From positions 34,069 through 98,068 of the IMG/VR virus record IMGVR_UViG_3300007735_000794: a stretch of 64,000 nucleotides of DNA, one strand, 5' to 3'. The stretch's first letter is position 1, and each line of letters begins with the position of its first letter. This document shows positions 1 through 9,158 of the stretch, in pieces. The position numbers and the translations under genes are program-made. The notes beneath the pieces were generated by a model. It ran no database searches. It was not told where the DNA came from and worked only from the letters and a program-made list of their open reading frames with translations. This DNA comes from a virus.

Positions 1-516
1 GTCGGTGCAAAATATTATTATGATATTGAAAATGAGACTGCACTCGACATTATGTATGGGTATGATATGCAGTCATCATATAGCTTTCCAAATCAAGATC
101 CTGACGCAATTCATGAGGCTTTAGGAATGAACACAATCAAATCAAAATCATTAAGACACATACGCGAATCATTGAGCGACATGTATAAACGTGTAAGTGA
201 TGTAGAAACAAATGGATATTTTGCTAATTTCGCGCGCGAGTTTTTAGCGAAATATGATGATATGTTTAATGATTATGAACAATTTACAGAAGAAGACAAA
301 TTACAGCTACGTATATACTTGAGTGTATTTGCGCAAGAAATTAAAGATGCAGAGAGCAATTGGGACAGATTAGAACAAATAAATGCACTCATACAGATTT
401 TTATCGACGCAAATTTTAAGACGCCTGCTGCATTCGCACACATGGTCATGGGTGTTAAGCGAAAAGATTACACAGAATTTGATGATTTTGTTAATCTATC
501 GGATAAAGTTAAATGA
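1..516 (+). CDS. 5'-truncated hypothetical protein, probable member of the ~130-aa module family
   Basis: Frame is open from base 1. Contains IRES (160-171) followed by a unit with FTEEDKLQLRIYLSVF, weakly like the T-x-x-E-x-x-x-L helix of the downstream repeats. Confidence 0.7.
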   Translation, partial: VGAKYYYDIENETALDIMYGYDMQSSYSFPNQDPDAIHEALGMNTIKSKSLRHIRESLSDMYKRVSDVETNGYFANFAREFLAKYDDMFNDYEQFTEEDKLQLRIYLSVFAQEIKDAESNWDRLEQINALIQIFIDANFKTPAAFAHMVMGVKRKDYTEFDDFVNLSDKVK

Positions 517-2609
517 GCCTAAATCTTCAACAAGCGATTCGCGAGATTTTGTCAAACAAAAATCATTTGTATGAAAGTACATTAGAAGCGAAAAAAGAAA
601 TCGCAGCGTATATCAACGACTCAGTCATTTTTGACATTATGAAAAAAAATAAAGATGCAAATTACGATGATTTACTTCGCGTTACGTCATCAGAAAAAGA
701 AGATTTATTTGTTACATGCAAAATTATAGCAGCGCTTATAAAAGAGTTTTTTGAAGAAAAATCTCTTCTTGATGATGGAAATTCTATATTTGTCTTTGTT
801 GAGTCTGTATTCTACCTTACAGGTATCGAACAGAATTATTCGATATCAGCTTTTTATTATCTTATCGTAGATTTTTACGATGAATTAAAATTGGGCAAGA
901 CGCGTTTTGTTGATAGAGAAAATAAAGTAAGCGCAGTGGAATATACGTTTGATTGTTACTTTGTAATAGAGAATGCTATGCTAAACGAGTCAGAAGATCT
1001 CGATGAAAAAGAACAGCTTACGACAGCAGAGGCATTGGATTTTATTAATGATTCAATCATAGCTGTCATTGCGTCAAGAGAAGACACGCGAGCAGGCGTA
1101 GATATTGATATTGATAACGAAATAGGCGATAATGATTTTGACATTAACAAATTAATCAAAGTAACAAGCGCCGAAAAAGATGATTTATTTATAACTTGCA
1201 AAATTGCTTCACGTGTTTTCGATAAAAAGCTGTTTTTAAACAATTGTTGGGGTCTAGCTGCACTTTTTGGTAGAACACGTTACGCAACAACAGACCCGTT
1301 TATTTTGCTAATTTATGCATTTCATAAAGAAGAAGTGCACAAAAAACCATTTGTAGAAAAAACATTCAATGATTGGTTTGAAGTCGATGATGTCAACATT
1401 TTAACAGAATCGGTAGAAAATGATATTCGCGACGAAGAAGAAATAAGAACAGAAATAGAAACTATTATTAACAACTCAATAATCAGAGACTTCGGAGAAT
1501 ATTCGAATGCAATTGAATGCGGTGTAGATACTGATTTTTTAACGCAACAAGAACAAGACGAAGTATTGATTACATGTAAGATTCTAGAACGAACGTTTAA
1601 TGAACTCACAAGAATGAATGGTAAGTATTTCTGGGCTTGTGTGCATGATACGCTTAAAAATTTGGAAATTTTGAATTTAAGAAAAATACTTGACTGCATT
1701 CACTTGATACATCAGGGAAGGATTACAGAAGCCGAACACGATCTTTCATTTGATCTATTTGACAGATGTAGAAAAGAAAAATTAGATGAATCAAATGAAA
1801 TGTTAAACACTAATGCAGAAGAGCTTACGCATGAGATTGCTGAATTTATAAATTATTCTATCATTAAACAACTTTATGATGGGACAGTATACGAGATTAC
1901 GCGCCGCAAACTTACAAATGACGAAGCTAGTGAATTGTTTGTTACTTGCAAGATTCTTTCAAAATTGTATAACGATTTGTATAACTTGGAACCAAAAAAT
2001 TCTCACCGTGATTTCTGGGATGTTTCGTATTCATCGCTTGCTTGTCTTGATTCGATTGCAAATAGACGAGAAATTTGTGAAGTTATTTATAAATGTTGGA
2101 ATGGACATGAAGATTTTGCGAAAGAGTATATCAAGACGACAATTTTTGAAGTTCAAGTAGCACAAAAACTTGATGAAAGTGTAGATTACACTGAGCTTCG
2201 CAATAAATATGATGATGTAATAGACGAATGTGTAGCATTTATGAAAGACAGCGATCTTGATGTTCTCATGCACGAAATAACAAAAGGTGTAGATGAATTC
2301 CAAGAAAGATATGAAAGAATTAAGATTTCAAGAGCAAATGCATCAAAACTATACATCATATGCAAAATAATTTATTCATTTGCAAAAGACGCGTATATTC
2401 TACTTTATATGTTAGATCCCGACTTGGCAACATCTGGCGGTTGCATCAAAGGAATGATTAATGCATATGTTTATAGAGAAAAAAAGTTCTTAGGTGATTC
2501 GACGCATCAAAGAAGTCTTAGTTATGATTTGCTTTTGAATCTCATCAATAAAATAGAAAGTTATAAATCACTCGAAGAATCAGAACTTTTTGAGGTAAAA
2601 GATGAGTAA
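513..2609 (+). CDS. Five-module repeat protein, putative protease-processed internal head polyprotein
   Basis: 698 aa. Five units share (F/Y)IN(D/N/Y)S(I/V)I...T-x-x-E-x-x-(D/E)-LF(V/I)TCKI, each preceded by L-x-E-S. Leader MSLNLQQAIREIL. Confidence 0.75.
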   Translation: MSLNLQQAIREILSNKNHLYESTLEAKKEIAAYINDSVIFDIMKKNKDANYDDLLRVTSSEKEDLFVTCKIIAALIKEFFEEKSLLDDGNSIFVFVESVFYLTGIEQNYSISAFYYLIVDFYDELKLGKTRFVDRENKVSAVEYTFDCYFVIENAMLNESEDLDEKEQLTTAEALDFINDSIIAVIASREDTRAGVDIDIDNEIGDNDFDINKLIKVTSAEKDDLFITCKIASRVFDKKLFLNNCWGLAALFGRTRYATTDPFILLIYAFHKEEVHKKPFVEKTFNDWFEVDDVNILTESVENDIRDEEEIRTEIETIINNSIIRDFGEYSNAIECGVDTDFLTQQEQDEVLITCKILERTFNELTRMNGKYFWACVHDTLKNLEILNLRKILDCIHLIHQGRITEAEHDLSFDLFDRCRKEKLDESNEMLNTNAEELTHEIAEFINYSIIKQLYDGTVYEITRRKLTNDEASELFVTCKILSKLYNDLYNLEPKNSHRDFWDVSYSSLACLDSIANRREICEVIYKCWNGHEDFAKEYIKTTIFEVQVAQKLDESVDYTELRNKYDDVIDECVAFMKDSDLDVLMHEITKGVDEFQERYERIKISRANASKLYIICKIIYSFAKDAYILLYMLDPDLATSGGCIKGMINAYVYREKKFLGDSTHQRSLSYDLLLNLINKIESYKSLEESELFEVKDE

Positions 2610-4140
2610 ATATATCGAAAGCGCATCTGAACGATATTTCGATCCAATTTTTGAAGAGCTCACAGAATTCGTTGAAGAGCTTGATTTAAAATCATTTGAT
2701 AATGCGACTAAAATTACACGAAAGCAAGCAGAAGAGCTTGATTTTGCAATCAAAGTGATTGCAAAATTGACTCGTGAATTTTGGGAACATACTGTGGATA
2801 AAACTCCTGATTTATTTCCACCAATCGAGAGTTACTATTGGGCTTCTAAAACATCGTCTTATTATGCAAATTTGAGAATATTTTTTAGATTTTGCGGAAT
2901 TGCAAATTCATCAGTTTTTGCTGGTTTAGTGTCATATTATCAAATGGGATATGACCACGACATCATTAAACATACTTGGAAGATCAAGGACGATACGAAT
3001 CTTAATGAATCTCATGATAAAAATTTATTAGAACAACAATATAATGATCTTGTAGATGAGCTTGTAACATACATAAGCTATTCATCTTTGGCAGAAATTA
3101 TTCCATATGAAAATTTGCAACAAAATAAAATTACACATGAACAAGCAAATGAAATATTTTATGTTTGCAAAGTAATTGCATATTACATGAATAAGATTTC
3201 TAGCGCTTTAAAAGATAGAAATCATTTAGAAAAAGTTGAAGTAGCTTCGCGCATAAGGAACATTTTACGTCAATGCGGGATAACAGATTTGCGACTCTTG
3301 ACAATTTTTTCACGTGTTGTCGTAGCTGTCATGAATAATCAAGATGCAGATTTAAAAACTGCATTTAATAACAATATTACACAAATCATTAATGAAGCTA
3401 TACAGAAAAATAGCGGAGAATGCTGCCCAATATGTGGTGCAGAAGAAAATGTGTCGTGTGAACATTATCCAACAACGAATGAGCAAGATGAGATTTTAAG
3501 CGCTGCATTTTATGCTTATCTAGAAGACGAAACATCGACTGCTTGGGCAATAAAAATCGCAGCGTCTGTTGTTGATTTAAATTTGTATAGGCGCTATATA
3601 GATGAGCTATTCAAAGGTTACACAGAAATGACGCCAGAAAAGCGAATGCTTCATTTTGTCGCAGGTGTAATTCGTGATGCAGTTGAATTTCATGATGAAA
3701 ATGCATCATTTGCATATTCAACTTACATTAAGTTTGCAGATCGCATTATTGATTATTTGCAAAACAAAGGCACATTACATGAATTCATTTCTGAAGCGTT
3801 AATGATTGATGACATTGGTCAACATTCTGAATTTATGTTGGCACAGCGTGCATTCATAAATGAAATCAAAGAAGTCATTGAGCAACTTGATCCATTTATA
3901 TTTGCAAATGCACGTCATACTTCAAGAATCGAATTAAGAAATGATTTTGATTTTGCGTTAAAACTTATCAATGCGATGTTTATAAAATTTTGTCAAGAAA
4001 CATCAACAAAGTATGACTACAGTTTAATCTATCGTGTTATAAGTTCGACGCAACTTTATTCTAGTAATTATGATGTGATAGAAGTAGCAGACAATATAGA
4101 CGAAACGCGTCGCGGCACATTTAAATGGAATAATACATAA
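2602..4140 (+). CDS. Four-module repeat protein, paralogous to 513..2609
   Basis: 512 aa. KITRKQAEELDFAIKVIA and KITHEQANEIFYVCKVIA match the repeat core. YIES, LNES, INEA and ISEA fall at about 130-aa spacing. GAGGT SD upstream. Confidence 0.72.
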   Translation: MSKYIESASERYFDPIFEELTEFVEELDLKSFDNATKITRKQAEELDFAIKVIAKLTREFWEHTVDKTPDLFPPIESYYWASKTSSYYANLRIFFRFCGIANSSVFAGLVSYYQMGYDHDIIKHTWKIKDDTNLNESHDKNLLEQQYNDLVDELVTYISYSSLAEIIPYENLQQNKITHEQANEIFYVCKVIAYYMNKISSALKDRNHLEKVEVASRIRNILRQCGITDLRLLTIFSRVVVAVMNNQDADLKTAFNNNITQIINEAIQKNSGECCPICGAEENVSCEHYPTTNEQDEILSAAFYAYLEDETSTAWAIKIAASVVDLNLYRRYIDELFKGYTEMTPEKRMLHFVAGVIRDAVEFHDENASFAYSTYIKFADRIIDYLQNKGTLHEFISEALMIDDIGQHSEFMLAQRAFINEIKEVIEQLDPFIFANARHTSRIELRNDFDFALKLINAMFIKFCQETSTKYDYSLIYRVISSTQLYSSNYDVIEVADNIDETRRGTFKWNNT

Positions 4141-4163
4141 ATGTGCCACGAAAATTTATTTAA

Positions 4164-5114
4164 TTAACGTCTCATACCTAATTTAGCAGGTCCGCCCAAG
4201 AATTGGCCAAATGCTTGATCTTCTACATCGCGCGTTTCGCTGAGTGCATCGAAGAATCCTTGTTCGAAAACTTCGCGACTTTGTGACGTATTTTCAATTT
4301 CCATAAGTAAAGTAACAAGATTTTCGGAATTTCTTGCAGCTTCTTTTAAAACTGCGTCGTAATACTTAGAAAGCACATCGCGAATTCTTTCTGCCATTGG
4401 CGCATTTTCTTGTTGCGCTTGCGCATAATTTACTTGTGGCGTTAATCCAAGCAAATTTGCAAACCAGCCGTCCTCAGTTGCTCTAATCATATTAAGCGCA
4501 ATTTGAAAATTGCTTATGAATGCTCGAGGATCGCTCTTCATAAGTCTACCAAGCTCTGCCCATACAAGCGGCAAAATTCTCATTCCAACACTCATTGCAG
4601 GAGCAACAAACTCTTCCATCAAAACTTTTGAAACAGCTATTTTGACTTGTATTCTGTTCTTTTTTCCTGCAAGATCACGAACAGGGAAGTATTTTTGTTT
4701 TGTTTCTGGCGGCGGGTCTATTCCTGGCTCATCTTCTGGAGCATTGCCCACAACACCCTTGTGTTTTTGTTTCGTTCGATTTGCAAGCGCATCATCGAAC
4801 GCTTGATCAAAATCAAAATCATCATCTACGTCAGAGCTGTCTAATGCATTTAATATACTCTCGGGAGTTGCACCCTTAAATTGATCAAGTGTAACACCTC
4901 CCCGGGCTACCGGAGGAAGATTTACATTTTTTTGTCTTGTGCCAAGGTCGCCACCTTTTGGAAGCACTTCAACTTCTCCGCCGCCAGCGGGAGCATTAAG
5001 CAAATCTTCAAGTTCTTGCTCTTCTTTTGATAAAACTTTTGTTTTAAGCGGAGGATTATCAAAAGCTTCTTTTATAACTGCACGTATTGTTTTTCTTAGA
5101 TTTCTAATTGACAT
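4164..5114 (-). CDS. Hypothetical protein with capsid-targeting-like leader
   Basis: 316 aa. N-terminus MSIRNLRKTIRAVIKEA, then an acidic, Pro-rich linker. Confidence 0.7.
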   Translation of the reverse strand: MSIRNLRKTIRAVIKEAFDNPPLKTKVLSKEEQELEDLLNAPAGGGEVEVLPKGGDLGTRQKNVNLPPVARGGVTLDQFKGATPESILNALDSSDVDDDFDFDQAFDDALANRTKQKHKGVVGNAPEDEPGIDPPPETKQKYFPVRDLAGKKNRIQVKIAVSKVLMEEFVAPAMSVGMRILPLVWAELGRLMKSDPRAFISNFQIALNMIRATEDGWFANLLGLTPQVNYAQAQQENAPMAERIRDVLSKYYDAVLKEAARNSENLVTLLMEIENTSQSREVFEQGFFDALSETRDVEDQAFGQFLGGPAKLGMRR

Positions 5115-5121
5115 ATTGAAT

Positions 5122-5856
5122 TTAGCCTCTTAAGCGTGTATAGTCTACGCTATGTCTAGAATATTGGTTCCAAATATCGTTATCAAATTCATGACGACCG
5201 CGATCGTCGCCTGCAGCGCCCAGACGTTCTGCTTCGTAATGAATAAATGAGAACCACCAACCAAATTGTTTCATGATTGTATCAAATAAGACAGTATGCG
5301 CAAAGTCAAATTTTGATTCGTCAGTTATTCGACAGACGACATCTGTCGAATTAAAGAGCTTTTCTAATAGTGACTCATCATCGTCTTCTATAATTTCATC
5401 ACCAATTTCATTATAAAATGTAAATGGACATTTTGAAATATCATATTGAAATCCTGCTACAAGTTCAGTTGTAATAATCTCGAATGCATGCACGATCATT
5501 TTCACTAATTCTTTAGTGAGCGCCTTGCCAAGTTTTTTTGTTACGTCATCAGTACTTTCTGCATTTTTTAAGAATTCATTAGAAAGCTCTTTTGCAAATG
5601 AAATAATTATGCTTTTGATACTTGCGTCTGATTTTAATGTCTCATTTGATATTCCAAAGCTTTTTGCTAGTTGCATGTATTTTGTAGTTAGACCTGACGC
5701 ATATTTTTCTGCAATGTCATAAAATACTTCGCTTTTTGCAATTGTTGTTATGCTATTGAGAAAATTTGTAATTTCTTCATCTGACACGTCGTCGATGCCT
5801 TCGAGCATGAGGTGTCTGCGTATGAGCGATCTAAGAATTGTGTTTTTTATTTCCAT
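5122..5856 (-). CDS. Hypothetical protein with leader, paralog of 7879..8550
   Basis: 244 aa. MEIKNTILRSLIRRHLMLEGIDD, with further shared blocks. Confidence 0.7.
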   Translation of the reverse strand: MEIKNTILRSLIRRHLMLEGIDDVSDEEITNFLNSITTIAKSEVFYDIAEKYASGLTTKYMQLAKSFGISNETLKSDASIKSIIISFAKELSNEFLKNAESTDDVTKKLGKALTKELVKMIVHAFEIITTELVAGFQYDISKCPFTFYNEIGDEIIEDDDESLLEKLFNSTDVVCRITDESKFDFAHTVLFDTIMKQFGWWFSFIHYEAERLGAAGDDRGRHEFDNDIWNQYSRHSVDYTRLRG

Positions 5857-5860
5857 TATT

Positions 5861-7795
5861 TTAACCGATGATTTTTTGCCATGATTTAAGTAATTTGTTT
5901 TCTTTAAACAAATCGTTTAAATCATTATCAATTTCTTGATCATTTGCACTTTGAACATTATCATTTAGCCCTAATATGCGTTTAGACTCGTCAGGAACAA
6001 TACCGAGGAATTTGTTAACAGTGATTGCGTGTGTTAGCATTTGTCTAATTTTGCTATTTTTTGCAGATATGCCTATCGCGTCCATAAAAAGTTTAATTTT
6101 ATATGGGAGTGTTCCGTAATTAAATATCAATTCTAGCATATGAGGTAACTTTTTATTTTCTGGCGCTTTGTCTGGATTTATGATATACAAGTTCGCAATC
6201 TTAAGCGAAACGTCGCGAGGCCATGATTTAACAAATGCAGGATTGCTCAATGCTGCTTGGAATGATTCATTTGTTAAAACAAAATCCCAAAAGTTTCCGT
6301 TAAGTCCTGTTCCCATCGCGCTTGTGAATGATTTTGAACACATGTCAAGCACGATTTCAACGGGTGTATTTGGGTTTGTAGAAATATTTTTTGCGAGCGA
6401 TTGATAGTTTTTTTCTTTTGCATACTCATATGCAGCTTTAATTTCTTCAACATTGTCAGAAATTGACATATCGTATGCTTTTTGAACTTTTGCGTATGGA
6501 CTTCCTAAGCTTATCATTAATGATTTTGTTTCTTCATCTTGATTATCTACTAATTTATTCCACGAAGATAACATCTTAAATATTGCATCTCCCGATGCTT
6601 TAACATTTTGAAAAAGTAAAAACACATTTTTTGCATTTTCTGGCCAGATTTTTATATCTGAGTTATCATTGAATATCGCAGCAAGCGTATAATCATTCAA
6701 CTCTTCTTTGTCTGCATTAATTTTGATAAGTTCATTCAATACATTTGAATCTTGATTTGTAACTTGATAAGTGAGACGAGAAAGCGTCATAAATTTAGCA
6801 ATGAATGCAGCACATTCTCTAGAGAATTTTACATTTGCAGATGTTGCATCTTTATAAATTCGAATAGCTTCCTCAGTTCTTTGCTGAGCGCTGAGTGTGA
6901 CAAGCATTTCTTTCATTGCACCGAGATTATTTGCAGCCTTGATAGCATAATCTGCGGCGGGCGCAACGCCACCAATCGATTCAACTTTTTCGAAGATAAT
7001 CTTCATAATCTCAGAATAATATTGACCCAAGACGCGTTTGTGGTCTTCAGCTGTCATTCCTTTATTGTCTCTGTCAATCGTTGTTCCGCCATTACGTCCA
7101 TCTATAAGCTTGCCGTCTTTAAAACCAATTGACATATAATCAAATTTTCCGGCGGGGTCTGGATAAGGACGCGCGCCATCTTTGATAATATAGATTAATA
7201 GCTTGTCACCAGAGTTGTATGTGTAGAAAAGATTTGATTGAGATGTATAGTTTGTACACCACGTTGTGTTAGGTGCCATTGTTATCGGATCATAGCCTGC
7301 AATTTCCATACTGTCTGCCATGTTGTGAGGCAGCCAAATGTTCCAAGGACCGACTTTTCCTATCAATTCTTTTGGGCCACCCTGCGAACCTGTCAGTGCA
7401 AGCCTTTGTTTTTTCTTTGATGCCAACGCCATGATTGTAGTCATTTCATCGACTGTCATCTTTTGAAAATCTGCAGGATTATCCCACGATTTTTCTTTAT
7501 TGAGCCCAGCATAGTATGCTGCGATATCTGTCTTAAACTGTTCGTTTGTTGCCCATTTTTGGCTAAGACCTGATGCTAATCCTTTGTATGATTTAACAAT
7601 TCCAATGCAGTCCTCAATTGGATGAGTTTCTTTGATTGATTTTTCTTTTCCAAATCTCTTAATCAACCAAGAAATGCAAGGCGGATCAAGTTGCATAATC
7701 TGTGGCGCTTGAGCGCTGTATTTATCTGCCAGCTCTTTTTGGTCATCTTTAAATCCTTCAAGCAGCAATTCGGCAATAAATTGTTTTATATGCAT
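5861..7795 (-). CDS. Large phage protein with WCT (PcfJ-like) domain and leader
   Basis: 644 aa. MHIKQFIAELLLEG; TTWCTNY...NLFYTY...LLIYII; LRV-like NPNTP repeat. Confidence 0.65.
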   Translation of the reverse strand: MHIKQFIAELLLEGFKDDQKELADKYSAQAPQIMQLDPPCISWLIKRFGKEKSIKETHPIEDCIGIVKSYKGLASGLSQKWATNEQFKTDIAAYYAGLNKEKSWDNPADFQKMTVDEMTTIMALASKKKQRLALTGSQGGPKELIGKVGPWNIWLPHNMADSMEIAGYDPITMAPNTTWCTNYTSQSNLFYTYNSGDKLLIYIIKDGARPYPDPAGKFDYMSIGFKDGKLIDGRNGGTTIDRDNKGMTAEDHKRVLGQYYSEIMKIIFEKVESIGGVAPAADYAIKAANNLGAMKEMLVTLSAQQRTEEAIRIYKDATSANVKFSRECAAFIAKFMTLSRLTYQVTNQDSNVLNELIKINADKEELNDYTLAAIFNDNSDIKIWPENAKNVFLLFQNVKASGDAIFKMLSSWNKLVDNQDEETKSLMISLGSPYAKVQKAYDMSISDNVEEIKAAYEYAKEKNYQSLAKNISTNPNTPVEIVLDMCSKSFTSAMGTGLNGNFWDFVLTNESFQAALSNPAFVKSWPRDVSLKIANLYIINPDKAPENKKLPHMLELIFNYGTLPYKIKLFMDAIGISAKNSKIRQMLTHAITVNKFLGIVPDESKRILGLNDNVQSANDQEIDNDLNDLFKENKLLKSWQKIIG

Positions 7796-7826
7796 TTAAT
7801 TCTCACAAGACAGAACAAGTTATTTA

Positions 7827-7833
7827 TAACTAT
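7827..7833 (-). promoter_or_regulatory. Putative late promoter ATAGTTA
   Basis: ATANTTA motif upstream of the 7795 start, heading the minus-strand unit. Confidence 0.45.
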
Positions 7834-7878
7834 ACAAATGAGTGTCTAGAAAATAATCTTTTAGCAAAAATGTTATAG

Positions 7879-8550
7879 CTATGCTATTTTTGCTTTAATG
7901 CTTGCACACTCTTTAAAATCAAAATTATAAAACCAGCATGAGATCCTGTAGATCAACATCTCATACAGCGCTTTTTGATCATCATCAAGTGATATTATAG
8001 TTATGAGTTCGCCTCTCTCGCGAAGGTCAATAAGTTCTTCATAATCTGTAATTAGTTTTCCTGAGCCATCATGGACGAAGACGTCTTCGTCGTGCGTTTG
8101 ATAAAGCGCTTCGAATGCGAATTCACTTGGTAGCTCACTAATGACGCCGACAAGCATCTTTACTATTTCGTAGACAAAGATTTTTACGATTTTTTCGTCA
8201 TTAATAATTTCTGAGTATTCTTCGATGTCTGCCTCAGATTCTGCTAAGAGTTGCAGTATATTAAGATATAGATTATTTGCATTAAGAATTAACAGCTGCT
8301 TTATTTGATTATTCTGCTTCAGCGTAACACGATTCATTCCGCTAGGTGAATGCGCCATTTCGTAGAGGACTTTTCCAATTTTGTTGTCTATTGCGCTCTT
8401 AACAAAATCTTCATCAAACTTATCAGCATGATGAAGTTCTATGATTAGATCGACTAATTGAAGTGCTTTTTCTTTTTTATTGTCATCAAGCCCTTCTTCA
8501 ATGATCCTTCGTTTAATTAGCGATCGAAGAACAGAATTTTTAACAAACAT
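7879..8550 (-). CDS. Hypothetical protein with leader, paralog of 5122..5856
   Basis: MFVKNSVLRSLIKRRIIEEGLDD. ATG at 8550 preferred by paralog alignment; TTG at 8568 is possible. Confidence 0.7.
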   Translation of the reverse strand: MFVKNSVLRSLIKRRIIEEGLDDNKKEKALQLVDLIIELHHADKFDEDFVKSAIDNKIGKVLYEMAHSPSGMNRVTLKQNNQIKQLLILNANNLYLNILQLLAESEADIEEYSEIINDEKIVKIFVYEIVKMLVGVISELPSEFAFEALYQTHDEDVFVHDGSGKLITDYEELIDLRERGELITIISLDDDQKALYEMLIYRISCWFYNFDFKECASIKAKIA

Positions 8551-8587
8551 TAGTAACGCCACGAACAATTATTAAATATACAAACAG

Positions 8588-9097
8588 TTAGAAAAATGTT
8601 TGCCTATTTTGGGGTTCAACATAGTCAAGCTTCAAAAATTCAAATACGGCATAATCGTCATAAAAATCAGAAATACATTCTTTCTTATCGTTTAAAATTT
8701 GATTTTTTGTATAACAATATCCCATTTCGCTACACATACTTGCAATAAAAATATTGAATCCAGCCGGACCTGTGTAATTCATTGTCATTATTCCAAAATT
8801 TTCTTTTGTTGCAATAAAAATATCAATTTGAACATCATCAATTGAAACGTAGTATGCAATTTTCCCAACTTGTTTTTTCAATTGAACGTTATCAAACCAT
8901 GATTTAAAATCATCAAGATTTTTTGGCACTATAACAATATCAACATCACCGCATGTTTGTCTTTGTCTGCGATATGACCCACATATTTCTAATTTTTCAC
9001 ATTGAGCATGAAGTCCCAACACTTTTAATTCTTCAACAATTTTTTCAACTTCTTTTCTTGATATTCTTCTGCTCTCACCAAAGACTTTGCCGCTCAT
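8588..9097 (-). CDS. polX: Minimal family X DNA polymerase (palm plus C-terminal domain)
   Basis: GSYRR...GDVDIV, QIDIF, YTG and C-terminal YVEPxNR motifs in 169 aa. Confidence 0.85.
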   Translation of the reverse strand: MSGKVFGESRRISRKEVEKIVEELKVLGLHAQCEKLEICGSYRRQRQTCGDVDIVIVPKNLDDFKSWFDNVQLKKQVGKIAYYVSIDDVQIDIFIATKENFGIMTMNYTGPAGFNIFIASMCSEMGYCYTKNQILNDKKECISDFYDDYAVFEFLKLDYVEPQNRQTFF

Positions 9098-9117
9098 AAA
9101 TCACACGTAATAAACAA

Positions 9118-9144
9118 AATATAATTCGTGTCATGATATTTACA
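9118..9144 (-). promoter_or_regulatory. Putative sigma70-type promoter for polX
   Basis: TGTAAA followed 15-17 nt later by TATATT/TATTTT on the minus strand. Confidence 0.4.
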
Positions 9145-9145
9145 C

Positions 9146-9152
9146 ATATTTA
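9146..9152 (+). promoter_or_regulatory. Putative late promoter ATATTTA
   Basis: 6 nt before the ATG at 9159. Confidence 0.5.
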
Positions 9153-9158
9153 TAGAAT

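Noticed and set aside
513-4140. Diversity-generating retroelement or DNA-level tandem repeat behind the module array
   Set aside because: Similarity is visible only at protein level; I saw no near-identical template/variable repeat pair and no reverse transcriptase in the window.
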